Under the pieces are notes generated by a model. That model was given only the letters and a program-made list of their open reading frames with translations, was not told the origin of the DNA and did not search any database. 64,000 nt of DNA from a virus. The stretch lies in the IMG/VR virus record IMGVR_UViG_3300025141_012314, positions 16,342 through 80,341 of that record, one strand, 5' to 3'. Below are positions 47,643 through 58,682 of the stretch, one piece after another. Made by a program: the position numbers and the translations under genes. The number at the start of each line of letters is the position of its first letter. Within the stretch, counting starts at the first letter, position 1.

Positions 47643-48767
47643 ATGCCTAAATTTCTAGACAAGAAAGAACAAGTATATGAGTTAGAACTCACTCCTTTTG
47701 GTCGTCACAAATTGGCGAAGGGAACGTTTAAGCCCACCTACTATGGTTTCTATGATGACAATGTTGTTTATGATCGTCGGTATATGGGTCCCCCCACCAA
47801 TCGTGTAGATCACCTCCCCGACCCCCGCGCCATAGAACCACAGAACGACGTTAACGACAGGATTAAAGAAGACACTCAGTATATGGGCAGTCGGATCTTA
47901 TTTGCTGATATTGACGCTCAATCAAATGTGATTGTTAGCAGCGACGGAACATGGGAATCTGACATGTCTCCGATGGATCTAGAGGTTAAAGCTAATATAT
48001 TTCGAATGGACGAGTTAATCGGACATGTGAATTTTAGCGGCAACGACAACAAGCAGGCAGTCCCCGCATGGAAAGCGGTAGCGTTAAGCGGAGAGATAAC
48101 CTCTATATCGTCATCGGCGCCGCATAAAGCAGGACTCGCATCCTGGCACCTATCTCCTTCAGACGCGGTTCTGTATAAAAACATTCCCCAGATTAATATG
48201 AAAGCGCGCTATTCGCTGGAACTGACAGACACCACCGCAGCAGACTACATCTCCACAGAAACGGATACCATCGCCGGACAAGTCGCACACACCCCAGTAT
48301 TTGCTGACGGGAACATGGTTACTTTAAAAGCAGAGGTGCCGCTTCTCTATATTGAAGAAATGAACACAGAGTTACTAACTGAGAATTTTGATATTGAGAT
48401 ATTTGAGGTTGTGCAGGAGTTGCTTCATCCGGAGGATTCCAACAACCTCGCGACAAGGGATGTCTTAACAAGAAAGATCTTTCGCACAATAACTGAACAA
48501 ATCCAAGATGGATTCATGGTGTCAGCCCGCCCAGAAAAAGGCAATATTTCCGAGTCGACACTAACATCAGAAAGCGTTGAATATTTCTTTGACATCCAGA
48601 CCGACGCATTGGTCGACCGAGAAAAGGCATGCAAGTCTGCAGCCATTTATAACAAAGATTCTTATTATATTGATATGGATCTAGATTGCGACAACGTTGA
48701 AGATCTTGAACGTGCCTACTATGATATTTATGGCAACGTAACAGAGGCACCAGTATGCCTAGATTAA
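47643..48767 (+). CDS. baseplate-associated protein with LTxxGR N-terminal module
   Basis: FLDKK...LTPFGRHKLAKGTFKPTYYGFYDDNVVY matches the N-termini of the 55405 and 56486 proteins. Confidence 0.55.
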   Translation: MPKFLDKKEQVYELELTPFGRHKLAKGTFKPTYYGFYDDNVVYDRRYMGPPTNRVDHLPDPRAIEPQNDVNDRIKEDTQYMGSRILFADIDAQSNVIVSSDGTWESDMSPMDLEVKANIFRMDELIGHVNFSGNDNKQAVPAWKAVALSGEITSISSSAPHKAGLASWHLSPSDAVLYKNIPQINMKARYSLELTDTTAADYISTETDTIAGQVAHTPVFADGNMVTLKAEVPLLYIEEMNTELLTENFDIEIFEVVQELLHPEDSNNLATRDVLTRKIFRTITEQIQDGFMVSARPEKGNISESTLTSESVEYFFDIQTDALVDREKACKSAAIYNKDSYYIDMDLDCDNVEDLERAYYDIYGNVTEAPVCLD

Positions 48768-50326
48768 CTTCCGCACTGCCGACTCCGACGATATTTAAGA
48801 TATACGTTTACGATAATAAGCTTAAAATCTCTCTGGGAATATATGTGCCTGCACTGAACGACTCAGAGCCGGTCGATCATCTAAAATGGATCAACGAAAA
48901 GCTTAAGTTTTATGTTTCTTATGCAATGAGCACTAGAATAATTGATAAAATAGCATCGAGAGAAATAAGCATATTTGAATCTATGATCGACCCCGATGCC
49001 ACTGACGGGCGTTACCTAAAGGCTAATGGTAATACTCCCGAGGCTAAGTTCGTGAATTATAAAGAGTTTAGCTTTTTCGCGGAAAACTCTGATGGCGTAA
49101 CTGCTTATGATCAATGGAATCAAAAGATATACGATACAAATGATGCTATAACATATCTCTATACGGCTGAGGTAGAAATCGATTATGATAGTACCGATGA
49201 CGCGTTGACAATTTACGATCTTGACAGCGGACATAATAATCTTACTCTTTATGCGTTTTCATCGGCAGTAGATTCCATAACCGGGACTCCAAAATTCATA
49301 GAGACTGATGAGTCTGACCCATCTTTAGGATACTACGCCAACATTCCATCACTACCACTCCCTCTTCTATTACGCCAAACTAGCGACATTGGCTATGAAT
49401 CTGTCATTAAAGATGGCAAAATTGACGATGGTACGAAGATTGGCTATTACGATTCTTCGATGTCGCCATACGACAATACCCCATTGCAAGGTCTTGGCGG
49501 CGAATATTTTACACAAGGCAAAATAACGCCCGAGATAATCGTAGAAAAAATAAAATCTGTAACAGATCAAAGCAACCTAACTTCAGACACAGGCAAGTCG
49601 ATTGTTGAAAGTATCTCATATGTTTTAGAGACTGATAAAGATAGTCCGGATATATTAGCCAAGCTCAATGTATTACGAAAGTTATTCCCTTCTCGTGGAG
49701 GGGGCTCCGAAATCGGACGATTCTATGATTCATTCACAAAGGCTATTTTTCAGCTAAATAGAGGCATCAAATCAGGAACACCTCTCGCCAAGAAGTTAAC
49801 GCAGCAGGATGTAGTTATGGATCTTCGGTCCACGGTTTCTTCGAATAAATATAATATACAAAATGAAGATGATGAGAACCTATTGTTTGCTGACGCGCAA
49901 ATCACGCGCCAAATTTATGGTGATGAAGAGTCGGCAGATAGCACATCTAATGCACTAAACTGGGGTTATGTTTACTGTGATTTCGAAAAGATAATGAAAA
50001 CAAAGACAGCACTCTCTCAAATATTTGATGTTAAGAAAGTGGAACACCTTTTTGGTGGAGTTGAATTCACAAATGCGGGACTTAAATTAGACTACGTAGA
50101 ACTTAAGAAATATGATAGTACTTTAACCGCGCTGAAGACGGAGATATACACTGACTATACCGACTCAGATTTTACCTACTCTGATGCCGCATCGAATAGC
50201 GACGGCAGTTCTGACCCTTCACCTGATAACAGACCATCGAATACTGGAGACACAAACGGCGACGGTGAAACCGGAAGATACGCTAGCGCTCACGATCTCA
50301 GAATCAAAAAGGACAAGTTTTTATAA
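48755..50326 (+). CDS. hypothetical virion protein
   Basis: 523-aa ORF in the structural block; low-complexity D/S/G/N tail. Confidence 0.5.
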   Translation: MPRLTSALPTPTIFKIYVYDNKLKISLGIYVPALNDSEPVDHLKWINEKLKFYVSYAMSTRIIDKIASREISIFESMIDPDATDGRYLKANGNTPEAKFVNYKEFSFFAENSDGVTAYDQWNQKIYDTNDAITYLYTAEVEIDYDSTDDALTIYDLDSGHNNLTLYAFSSAVDSITGTPKFIETDESDPSLGYYANIPSLPLPLLLRQTSDIGYESVIKDGKIDDGTKIGYYDSSMSPYDNTPLQGLGGEYFTQGKITPEIIVEKIKSVTDQSNLTSDTGKSIVESISYVLETDKDSPDILAKLNVLRKLFPSRGGGSEIGRFYDSFTKAIFQLNRGIKSGTPLAKKLTQQDVVMDLRSTVSSNKYNIQNEDDENLLFADAQITRQIYGDEESADSTSNALNWGYVYCDFEKIMKTKTALSQIFDVKKVEHLFGGVEFTNAGLKLDYVELKKYDSTLTALKTEIYTDYTDSDFTYSDAASNSDGSSDPSPDNRPSNTGDTNGDGETGRYASAHDLRIKKDKFL

Positions 50327-51588
50327 TGTCAGAAATAAAAGTTAATTATTCAACATTCAGTGCGGACGCAACGCGCGCAAACGCGAGCATACAATTTACA
50401 TCAACCGGCATCGATATCCCTGCCGGTGACGACTACTCCTATATTGCAGTCCGTAGTATCAACATGGCAGGTAAAGATGGACTTCATAGTTCTGTATTCG
50501 ATCATGATTATCGTTTAATGACCTTTGAGTTTCAAGATTATTATAATGCAAATATATCATTTGGCCAAATTGACAGCAAAACCGATGATGTGTACAAAGT
50601 AGCAGTGCGGTTTAGTGATAATACTATAGAATCAGTCAAATCCATAATACAATCTTATAGTGATATGATGGATCTGCTTTCCGGGTACCAAGAAGAGTCC
50701 ACGGATCCCTGTAACTACGGGAATATTTCAGAACAATTCAATCCCCATTTCATAACCGCAATGACCGAAAGATATGCAGATGATCCAAACTCCGCCCCAT
50801 GGGTGCAAGCACCGTTAATATTCGCTATGCATCGCGATTTATTATATGATGACTTCGGAGGAGACAAACAAAAGATAGTGGAATACGCCATGGCCAAAAG
50901 TGTCCAAATTTCGCCAGCCGCAGGCACTCCGACTGATATAGAAGATTTCTATATCAATTCCATCGAAGCACTCTGGGATAAATATTATAGCACCGACGGC
51001 ATTATCGGACAACGACTTAGCTCGGTCGGCGAAGACGAGAAAAAGATTCTCCTGACACAAGAGTACACCGATCTCCCAGAAGTTGTAGTTGCTGACTCAG
51101 TTTCAGAGTATCACGATTCATGGCGCTGGTACCCGGTTGCCGATATCCAATATGACACTGGGAACAACTACAATCATACCTCCGTTTCAAAGGCCGAAAA
51201 AGATTATGAAGACGATGAAGAGAAACGCGTCGAAGCTAGCTGGGTGTATCATAAATTTAGAAAGAAAATGGAAGGACTTAAAGATTTCTACGAGGACAAT
51301 CAAGGCTCTGACTTCATCGGCAACGAAGAGTTTGTTAAATTCATTAATGGAATGTTTGTAGATATCAATGATTATATAGAAGATAATGATGAAGGCACTG
51401 ATGGAGAGGTTCACGTCGCGGAGCCCTTCGAATACAACTCCTTCTATGATCGGACTGGTACTGTACAGACCAACACCGGGCTAGAACTCCCAGACAACAA
51501 TCACGATGATACTCAAATATATGTATCATATAAACAGGATTCCACCGGGCAAGTTCACATAATTATCTACCAATGGATGCTGAAATAA
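50326..51588 (+). CDS. hypothetical virion protein (acidic)
   Basis: 420-aa ORF, TAATG-coupled. Confidence 0.5.
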   Translation: MSEIKVNYSTFSADATRANASIQFTSTGIDIPAGDDYSYIAVRSINMAGKDGLHSSVFDHDYRLMTFEFQDYYNANISFGQIDSKTDDVYKVAVRFSDNTIESVKSIIQSYSDMMDLLSGYQEESTDPCNYGNISEQFNPHFITAMTERYADDPNSAPWVQAPLIFAMHRDLLYDDFGGDKQKIVEYAMAKSVQISPAAGTPTDIEDFYINSIEALWDKYYSTDGIIGQRLSSVGEDEKKILLTQEYTDLPEVVVADSVSEYHDSWRWYPVADIQYDTGNNYNHTSVSKAEKDYEDDEEKRVEASWVYHKFRKKMEGLKDFYEDNQGSDFIGNEEFVKFINGMFVDINDYIEDNDEGTDGEVHVAEPFEYNSFYDRTGTVQTNTGLELPDNNHDDTQIYVSYKQDSTGQVHIIIYQWMLK

Positions 51589-51607
51589 AGATTCAAGGAG
51601 CAGTATA

Positions 51608-52087
51608 ATGCCAAAACCAGTAGCAAAATTAAATAAAACAAAAGCCTCGCGCATGCGCAAAGGCAAATCTACGGCAGCATCGTCGACACTACAAAAAACA
51701 AATCAGAAGTTGTCGAAGAAAGGATACACCAGACCTCAAGCTCCAACTGACGACAACGAGATGTCATTAGACTTTCTTTTCACCATTGGCTGCACTGTAT
51801 CCCAGAAGCCTAAAGATTATTCGATGATTGCATTGCAGACTGACACAGAGACGGTTGAAAATCCGAATATCGAAGATCAAAAGATAGCAAATCTAAAGAA
51901 CATACAGATATCACCAGCAAAAATGTTCCCAGCAGATAACGATCCATTTTATGAATTGGATGAAGAGCCCCCACGTGGCTTCCGAAAGTATAGAGAAGAC
52001 CTTCTAAAAAAGGACAAAGCTCCGAATACTATTAGTTTGGCTGAAGACATTATTAACAACGCTAGTATGAAACAAATCGTTTTTTAA
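51608..52087 (+). CDS. hypothetical protein with basic N-terminus
   Basis: AAGGAG SD; K/R-rich first ~40 aa. Confidence 0.55.
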   Translation: MPKPVAKLNKTKASRMRKGKSTAASSTLQKTNQKLSKKGYTRPQAPTDDNEMSLDFLFTIGCTVSQKPKDYSMIALQTDTETVENPNIEDQKIANLKNIQISPAKMFPADNDPFYELDEEPPRGFRKYREDLLKKDKAPNTISLAEDIINNASMKQIVF

Positions 52088-52088
52088 A

Positions 52089-52097
52089 GTATTTATA
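52089..52097 (+). promoter_or_regulatory. candidate late promoter motif GTATTTATA
   Basis: in the 30-nt gap before ATG 52118. Confidence 0.45.
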
Positions 52098-52117
52098 TAA
52101 ACGAGGAAAGATAAGTA

Positions 52118-52768
52118 ATGGCAAAATCAACCCCAGCGCCAAGCGCCCAAGACATACCAGAACCATCAGTCGATCCAGAGGTTCTTGAAGCTATTGAAGC
52201 TGCCGGCGGAAACACGACCCACGATAAGTTTCAAGAACAACTACAAGAACAAAAAGACAAAAAAGCTGCCGATGATTTTGAGAAAGAATATATTTTTGAA
52301 CAATTAAATTCATATTATTTAGATGATGAAGGTCTCTTTTATGATGGGCTCCGCCTAATAGCCTCAACAGATCTAGAAGCAGCACAAGAGTATATCCAAC
52401 CCGGTGATCTGGGTGTGTGGTATTTCTTCACGGGAGAGGCTGCAGCACCGATTGAAAACTATTTTCTTTCCGGAGTTGAAACTTTGACGTTTGATTATAC
52501 AAGCACATTACAATATCTTGAAATCAGATACTCGACTGATGAAAGCAATAAACTAGATGCTCGATTTGGATCCGATAAGCAGCCTGCTGACGTTATCGCA
52601 TCGTCAATAAAAGAACTCGCAGGACAAGTGTTAACATCAAACATGTATAAAACCAGCTTAAATCCAACAATCAAAGTTCGTAATTTTAAAGCTGACCGGC
52701 TTTCTATTTTTACATCTAATACTATTTCGGAAACAGAAACCACCTCCACCACCGAGAGCGCATATTAA
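52118..52768 (+). CDS. hypothetical protein
   Basis: 216-aa ORF with GAGG SD. Confidence 0.55.
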   Translation: MAKSTPAPSAQDIPEPSVDPEVLEAIEAAGGNTTHDKFQEQLQEQKDKKAADDFEKEYIFEQLNSYYLDDEGLFYDGLRLIASTDLEAAQEYIQPGDLGVWYFFTGEAAAPIENYFLSGVETLTFDYTSTLQYLEIRYSTDESNKLDARFGSDKQPADVIASSIKELAGQVLTSNMYKTSLNPTIKVRNFKADRLSIFTSNTISETETTSTTESAY

Positions 52769-55404
52769 TGGATAGCTATTCTCCCGAACAAAAAACAACC
52801 ACGTTTATTGATAGTTCGCTTATGAGCGGCTCTGATAGGTTCCGCACTGCAACAGGGGAGTTCTACGAGCTTTCTGAAGAGGGGACGTTAGATTACAACT
52901 CGCTAATAGGGACGGCTTATCGCGAGTCCCACTATCTAAGAGCCGCCGGCGCAAACTACACGAACTGGCCTTACATGTCTAATCCGAAATTCGCGACCGT
53001 TCCATCAGAAGACGTAATACTTCCGAACTATCGGTTCCCGGTTAGAGTATATGGAGATCCCTCTGTAGTTTCCGATGATAAAATGTGGCATGCCATTCTA
53101 CGCGGCGGATCCTTTGAGGGCATATCTTATGACCCCATCTATGCACCCGGCACCCATATCGACACTATCTTTACTTGGGAACAGCCATATACATCAAAAG
53201 AGGCTAAACTCTATGATCAAGCAAAATCTCCTGTAGGGGTGTCTTACGATTACAACTACCATCTCCGTCGCTACGAAGAGGCAATTCAACGCGCTTATGA
53301 GACGGGGATCCCAAATATATATTATCTCTCGTTGCTGGCAGGACTATCAGAAGAGGAAGCCACAGGAGATGGCTTTGGTGCATTTTATAATGTGGCAGCG
53401 CTGCCTGCTGAGCCTGTTGTTACTGCGGTTTTCAATTCGAGCGCGTCAGCAGAATTACCTAGATATGCGGAATATTCGGAGGGGTTAAGCAACACGACCT
53501 TGTACAAAGATACGATCTCGGCTTTATCAGAGTATCTTACTGAAGCTTATGCCTCTTACGGACCAACAACCGCGCCAGATATTATGTTCTTTGCTGATGA
53601 AGGTGCTCGCGATTTATTGACAACCGAAGACACAAAACACAACAGATTCCCCTTCTATACCAAGACCAACTTCACAACAGCGGGCAATAGCAAGTTGTAT
53701 GATGACTTTAGCCTATCACAAGCAATAACATCAGACGACAGATCCTACTACTTTCTCCAGGCACTCCAAAAAGTTTTCGGCACAACCTCTGGGCTAGCCC
53801 CCTCTTCGCAAGGCTTTGTAAAGCACCAACACTACACATCCGCGTCTATTGATGGAGTATTGGAAGACATCGAGACTAATGATAATACTTCTTTACGACG
53901 CGTCGATTTGATGGGGATGCTATCATATTGTTATAACAACTACGACTCCATGACTTCAAACTCGGTGTTTATGGGCGAAGGATCCTTCGCTTCACGCGCT
54001 GCCTCCGATCCTTATACTTATGGTCCCGAAGGCATCGATGTAATCCTTGATACAATGAACGAAGTGTATCAAGCTGTAAAACTTAACTTTGATAATGGGG
54101 GACTACTAAGGACAACAGGATACGAAATGTATCCGCTTCTCAAAAGAATTAGGGACAGGAGAGATAGCCAGCCGGAGACCATTGCATACAAGGTTTGTAA
54201 ATATTTGGGGGATGTCCCTGAACAGTCGCCCACCGTTAAACCGATTCAGGAATATTGGATATTTAATCGCGGAGACGAAGACCCAAAAGATATTGAGTTA
54301 TTAGACTCGCAGATTAAGTATGACACCCAATACACATACAAGATATACGCATATGTTGCATTTTCCAGTCTACAATACACGTACTCTGATATGGCAATGT
54401 CGCAACAGATTTCACATCAGCCAGCATCAGATGGAACCCAAGAGGAATTTTGTTTAAGGTTCATTGATGGCTCTGGCGCACCAACATCAAAGCTATTTGA
54501 GCATGAGACTGCACCCACTACCGCAACTGCAGAAAACCTCTATTACGGCACAGACCAATATTTGGCAGACTTTAACATTACTTTCGGACCTACCGTCAAA
54601 ATCTATGAGGTCCCGGTCTATAGCAAGGTTCTCAGTGTGGTAGATCACCCACCTCCCCGTATCGATGCAGAGCCTTATCAAGTATTAAACGATTCGCAAA
54701 AGATTGGTTTTAGATTAAATGTAGAATCTTCCGTAGCCGAGCCTGTTCCGACAGCAATCAGTAAGCCGGACGCAGACCTGTTCACGCGTTATGCTCTTTC
54801 AAATGAGCTTAATAGTGCGGATAATATCCAAAAGGACATGTCCAATAAATCAGAGGTGAGATTTATTGAAGTATACAGGCTACCAAAGAAACCAACACAG
54901 ATTTCTGATTTTGATGGCTCTTTGATCTCAACAATCGATTTGAGAATCGGCAATACTGATACTTCACATAACATTACTCATTATACACAAAAGATAAAAA
55001 CAAATCAAAAGTATTATTATCTCTTCCGAGCACTTAACGAACATCTTGTGCCGGGACATCTGTCTGAAATATACGAGACAGAACTGGTTAATGATGGAGG
55101 GTATAAATACGCCACATTCGAAACCATCAATGAAAAAGATCTCAAACCACCGAACCCATCCACTCCCTCAAAGCATTTCAAAAAGTTATTCCAAGTCACC
55201 CCTAATCTACAACACGTATTATTGTCGACCGATAATGCCGATTTTGCTCAAAGTGCCGCTAGTCAATTATCTGACGGAAACATTCAGGTTGGGCAAGCAG
55301 ATACTCCATTGTGGGATAAAGAATTTAAAATCCGTTTAACATCTAAAAAGACAGGCAAGAAAGTTGATCTGAACATTACTTATGTAATAGAGAAGGAACT
55401 ATAA
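52768..55404 (+). CDS. hypothetical virion protein (beta-rich, FN3-like C-terminal segments)
   Basis: DSQIKYDTQYTYKIYAY and KIKTNQKYYYLFRALN resemble FN3-type strands; structural context. Confidence 0.45.
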   Translation: MDSYSPEQKTTTFIDSSLMSGSDRFRTATGEFYELSEEGTLDYNSLIGTAYRESHYLRAAGANYTNWPYMSNPKFATVPSEDVILPNYRFPVRVYGDPSVVSDDKMWHAILRGGSFEGISYDPIYAPGTHIDTIFTWEQPYTSKEAKLYDQAKSPVGVSYDYNYHLRRYEEAIQRAYETGIPNIYYLSLLAGLSEEEATGDGFGAFYNVAALPAEPVVTAVFNSSASAELPRYAEYSEGLSNTTLYKDTISALSEYLTEAYASYGPTTAPDIMFFADEGARDLLTTEDTKHNRFPFYTKTNFTTAGNSKLYDDFSLSQAITSDDRSYYFLQALQKVFGTTSGLAPSSQGFVKHQHYTSASIDGVLEDIETNDNTSLRRVDLMGMLSYCYNNYDSMTSNSVFMGEGSFASRAASDPYTYGPEGIDVILDTMNEVYQAVKLNFDNGGLLRTTGYEMYPLLKRIRDRRDSQPETIAYKVCKYLGDVPEQSPTVKPIQEYWIFNRGDEDPKDIELLDSQIKYDTQYTYKIYAYVAFSSLQYTYSDMAMSQQISHQPASDGTQEEFCLRFIDGSGAPTSKLFEHETAPTTATAENLYYGTDQYLADFNITFGPTVKIYEVPVYSKVLSVVDHPPPRIDAEPYQVLNDSQKIGFRLNVESSVAEPVPTAISKPDADLFTRYALSNELNSADNIQKDMSNKSEVRFIEVYRLPKKPTQISDFDGSLISTIDLRIGNTDTSHNITHYTQKIKTNQKYYYLFRALNEHLVPGHLSEIYETELVNDGGYKYATFETINEKDLKPPNPSTPSKHFKKLFQVTPNLQHVLLSTDNADFAQSAASQLSDGNIQVGQADTPLWDKEFKIRLTSKKTGKKVDLNITYVIEKEL

Positions 55405-56430
55405 ATGGCTTTTATTGATACCTCAAACACAATCGCCCTGGATGCAACATTGACAGAATTGGGTCGCAAGAGGATGGCTGAAGGTAAGTTTAAAGTTACT
55501 AAATTTACTTTTGGAGATGATGAGGTAGATTATTCAATGTCAACGAGCAGCGCTGGCACATATGAAGTAATGAACACACAAGGCTTTGGGCTCCCAGTGT
55601 TCGAGGCGACTACCGCACAAAACTCGGTTATAAACTATTCGCTCACACATTTTACTAGAAATGATTTGCTATACTTGCCAGTTCTGAAGACTAACGAACA
55701 ACTCGGAGATTCTGCAATGCAGAGTTCAACTGGTAGCGTATATTATCTTGCCGCCAATACTGAGACCGTTGACAAACTAAAGCTAGCATTTATTCAACCC
55801 AAAGCAGATAACTACATCTTAAGCCCCGGCAATCAAATAGGCACTAGAATAATAATTGAATCTGGGTTGGAGGCTGAAGATATGGTTGGCGCAGGTACTC
55901 CAAGTATGCGAAAGTCATTCATTTTAAACACAGAGTTGCTCGACAACTACTATTATTTAAATGCTGATCACCGGTTCTTCACAAATTTTTACGGACCAAC
56001 CAGTCTTTCGGTATTTAGGAACGGCGCCGATTCTGCTGTCTCGCGGGTTAACTTCGGAACCCTTGAAGATATAGAGCCAGTATCTTTAGGCGAACCAATA
56101 GAGAACTACAAAACCTTTATATTCCATGGCGTTGATAACTTGGTCTTCAATAAGACCGGTCAAAGACCCGGTGGCGACACAAAGGTCTCCTCGATTACAG
56201 GACCACGCGGCAGCGCAACAGCCGTGTCCATGGATATTGACGATTCATTGAAGAGCCCATCGACTGCAACAAGAGATATAAAATATGGAATATATGGTTC
56301 GATTGACCAAACATTATTTGCCGGAGCAGATAAATACGATTATATTGATAGTACTATTTATGTAGAAGGTTGCGCCTCATCAAGAATTATACAATTGCCG
56401 ATAAGGATAATACGCTTTGCCGGCACTTGA
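55405..56430 (+). CDS. baseplate/tail-fibre attachment protein, paralog 1
   Basis: LDATLTELGRKRMAEGKFKVTKFTFGDDEVDY; full-length similarity to the next ORF. Confidence 0.6.
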   Translation: MAFIDTSNTIALDATLTELGRKRMAEGKFKVTKFTFGDDEVDYSMSTSSAGTYEVMNTQGFGLPVFEATTAQNSVINYSLTHFTRNDLLYLPVLKTNEQLGDSAMQSSTGSVYYLAANTETVDKLKLAFIQPKADNYILSPGNQIGTRIIIESGLEAEDMVGAGTPSMRKSFILNTELLDNYYYLNADHRFFTNFYGPTSLSVFRNGADSAVSRVNFGTLEDIEPVSLGEPIENYKTFIFHGVDNLVFNKTGQRPGGDTKVSSITGPRGSATAVSMDIDDSLKSPSTATRDIKYGIYGSIDQTLFAGADKYDYIDSTIYVEGCASSRIIQLPIRIIRFAGT

Positions 56431-56459
56431 AATTTTGAAGCCTTATAATATATTATAGA

Positions 56460-56467
56460 CTATTTAT
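56460..56467 (+). promoter_or_regulatory. candidate late promoter motif CTATTTAT
   Basis: in the 55-nt gap, ~25 nt before ATG 56486. Confidence 0.5.
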
Positions 56468-56485
56468 GAAGAGAGAGGATAATAA

Positions 56486-57514
56486 ATGAGCTTTTTAGAC
56501 AACTCGGGACCCATCATATTGGATGCAGTTTTAACGACCACTGGCCGTCGACGTATGGCGCAGGGGAACTTTAAAATAGCAAAGTTCGCTTTAGGCGATG
56601 ACGAGATAGATTATTCATTGTATGTAGCGGGCACGGGCTCGGCATACCAAGATTTGGAGATTCTCCAAACACCAATTTTCGAAGCGGCAACAAGCGAAAA
56701 CCTAACAATCCAAAATGGATTACGTTCGTTTAACCGATCCGATATACTTTATATGCCCGAGATGGTGGTCAACGAGAAGATCCCGGAGGCAGTAGTCAGC
56801 GCAAACAACGTTTATTGGGTTGCAGCAAACACAGAGACTTACAACAAGTTGATCGCTAGCGATGCCTTGGGAGATCCAAAATACGTCTTGCAAACTGGAC
56901 AGACTAATGGAAAGAAACTCTTTGTTGAGACTGGATTAAATGGCGCCGATGCAGATGGCATCAACGGTACAGAATCAAACCGCCTAGGATACTTAAAAAG
57001 CGAGAATATGGTCGACAAGAGAATAGCTGTCAAGCTTGATAGTCGATTCTTTAAGGGCGCCATGGGACCAACCTCCGGAAAGGACGCCAGATTTAACAAC
57101 GACCCAGATGGAAAGGCAAATATCAACATGCCAATTTCCCAGGTCGCATTCGTCGGCTCCACAGAAGGAGTTGAGAATTATAATACCGCCTATATCAAGG
57201 GTGTCGATAATACCGTAACGTATAACCCCAACGTGTCAGATTCAAACATAACGGCAATCGCCGGGCCAAGAGCGTCTGCAACGGCAATAAACTTTGCTGT
57301 TGACGACACAATGAAGTCAACTTCAACAGGCACACGATCAAGCTTATATACGCTTTACGGCTCGACTAATAAAGTAGGTACAGATTACGGTTGGTCGTCC
57401 ACTGAATGCTTTGATACTGTCGATAGTACTGTATTTGTCGAGGGCGAAGAGTCGTCTGCACAAAAACAAGTAAACCTTAGAATCGTTAGATATGTAGGTC
57501 CCACGGCAGTATAA
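56486..57514 (+). CDS. baseplate/tail-fibre attachment protein, paralog 2
   Basis: LDAVLTTTGRRRMAQGNFKIAKFALGDDEIDY; shares AANTET, GVDN, GPRxSATA and DSTxxVEG with 55405. Confidence 0.6.
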   Translation: MSFLDNSGPIILDAVLTTTGRRRMAQGNFKIAKFALGDDEIDYSLYVAGTGSAYQDLEILQTPIFEAATSENLTIQNGLRSFNRSDILYMPEMVVNEKIPEAVVSANNVYWVAANTETYNKLIASDALGDPKYVLQTGQTNGKKLFVETGLNGADADGINGTESNRLGYLKSENMVDKRIAVKLDSRFFKGAMGPTSGKDARFNNDPDGKANINMPISQVAFVGSTEGVENYNTAYIKGVDNTVTYNPNVSDSNITAIAGPRASATAINFAVDDTMKSTSTGTRSSLYTLYGSTNKVGTDYGWSSTECFDTVDSTVFVEGEESSAQKQVNLRIVRYVGPTAV

Positions 57515-57539
57515 TGAGCATATACATCGGAGATAATAA

Positions 57540-58679
57540 ATGCCAGTAAAAAACTTTGAACCCCTGAACCCGAACTCGGATGTAACAACTACGAGAACGC
57601 TTTTGCACGAAGCAATTCCAATTACTGGTTCAATCGTCAGCGGGACTTATAGCGACAACAATATTAAGAACTATACACACGGACAGTTTCAATCTGTTTA
57701 TGATTACCCGTATCTGAGTTCTTCAGCTAACCATATCTTTGATCTTACGATTGGATATGATAATACTTCTTTCTGCTCGGCTTCATCGAATACACAAAAC
57801 TCCAAGAAGATCAACTCATATAATCAGTTCGCACAAACCTTGTTGGGCTATACTGGCTCTGCGAACGATATTGAGATTTTTGAAAGCGATCTAGATTTTG
57901 GCGACAACAACAGCCAAATGAAAGAAGTGTTCATGGTCAACTTTTCGCGCCTTCTTTATAAAGACCAAATGAAGAAAGGTACTTTTAGTATTGCTTTTGG
58001 TACTGCTAGTTGGGTCAACCCCTTCAATAACGCTGGGGCTTATACCAACGGTACAATCGTTACGTTAACTGACGCTTCCGCTTCCGCCGCCAATAGTTCG
58101 AACACTACGCAAACTCGCGGCGGCGACTACGGAGTTTTATATGCTTCCGGTGCTATGGGATCATATGCACTTAGCTCGACAGGATCGAACAGAGAAGCAC
58201 AAGGAGTTGTGTTCTACCAGCAAGGCATCGCCATCATTAGTGCATCGGTGTTCAATATGACAGCCTCGCAAGTCGCTGTGCCGGCCGGCTCGTCAGCAAG
58301 TTGCGCAGACTTCTTTCACGATATCGGAACGAACTATACTACTACTAATGCTTGGGCCAGCGCATCAATTTCTGGAACATGTGATGCGATTAGACGAAGA
58401 TTGTACAGTCTATCCTTCCAGAATACAACCGAGATAAACTCTCAGATTTACTTCTGCCGCGCCCCACATAACAAGTTTAACTACAGTTCGAACCCCACAT
58501 ATACTACTGGTTCAAAGATTCGCGTTAAGAATGTTGCGTCGGACCAACCGGTGTCATATATCACGACAGTAGGATTATACAGTGCCAACAATGAGTTGCT
58601 GGCAGTAGCAAAGGTTTCTGAGCCAATCGCTAAACGCCCTACGAATGAGCTTGTTTTAAGAGTTCGATTGGATTATTAG
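57540..58679 (+). CDS. baseplate wedge-associated protein
   Basis: FNYSSNPTY, YITTVGLYSANNELLAVAKVSEP...RVRLDY C-terminus. Confidence 0.6.
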   Translation: MPVKNFEPLNPNSDVTTTRTLLHEAIPITGSIVSGTYSDNNIKNYTHGQFQSVYDYPYLSSSANHIFDLTIGYDNTSFCSASSNTQNSKKINSYNQFAQTLLGYTGSANDIEIFESDLDFGDNNSQMKEVFMVNFSRLLYKDQMKKGTFSIAFGTASWVNPFNNAGAYTNGTIVTLTDASASAANSSNTTQTRGGDYGVLYASGAMGSYALSSTGSNREAQGVVFYQQGIAIISASVFNMTASQVAVPAGSSASCADFFHDIGTNYTTTNAWASASISGTCDAIRRRLYSLSFQNTTEINSQIYFCRAPHNKFNYSSNPTYTTGSKIRVKNVASDQPVSYITTVGLYSANNELLAVAKVSEPIAKRPTNELVLRVRLDY

Positions 58680-58682
58680 AAA

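Noticed and set aside
48755-51588. Frameshifted single gene or pseudogene
   Set aside because: Clean TAATG coupling like other junctions here; no slippery site recognised. Cannot be fully excluded without homologs.
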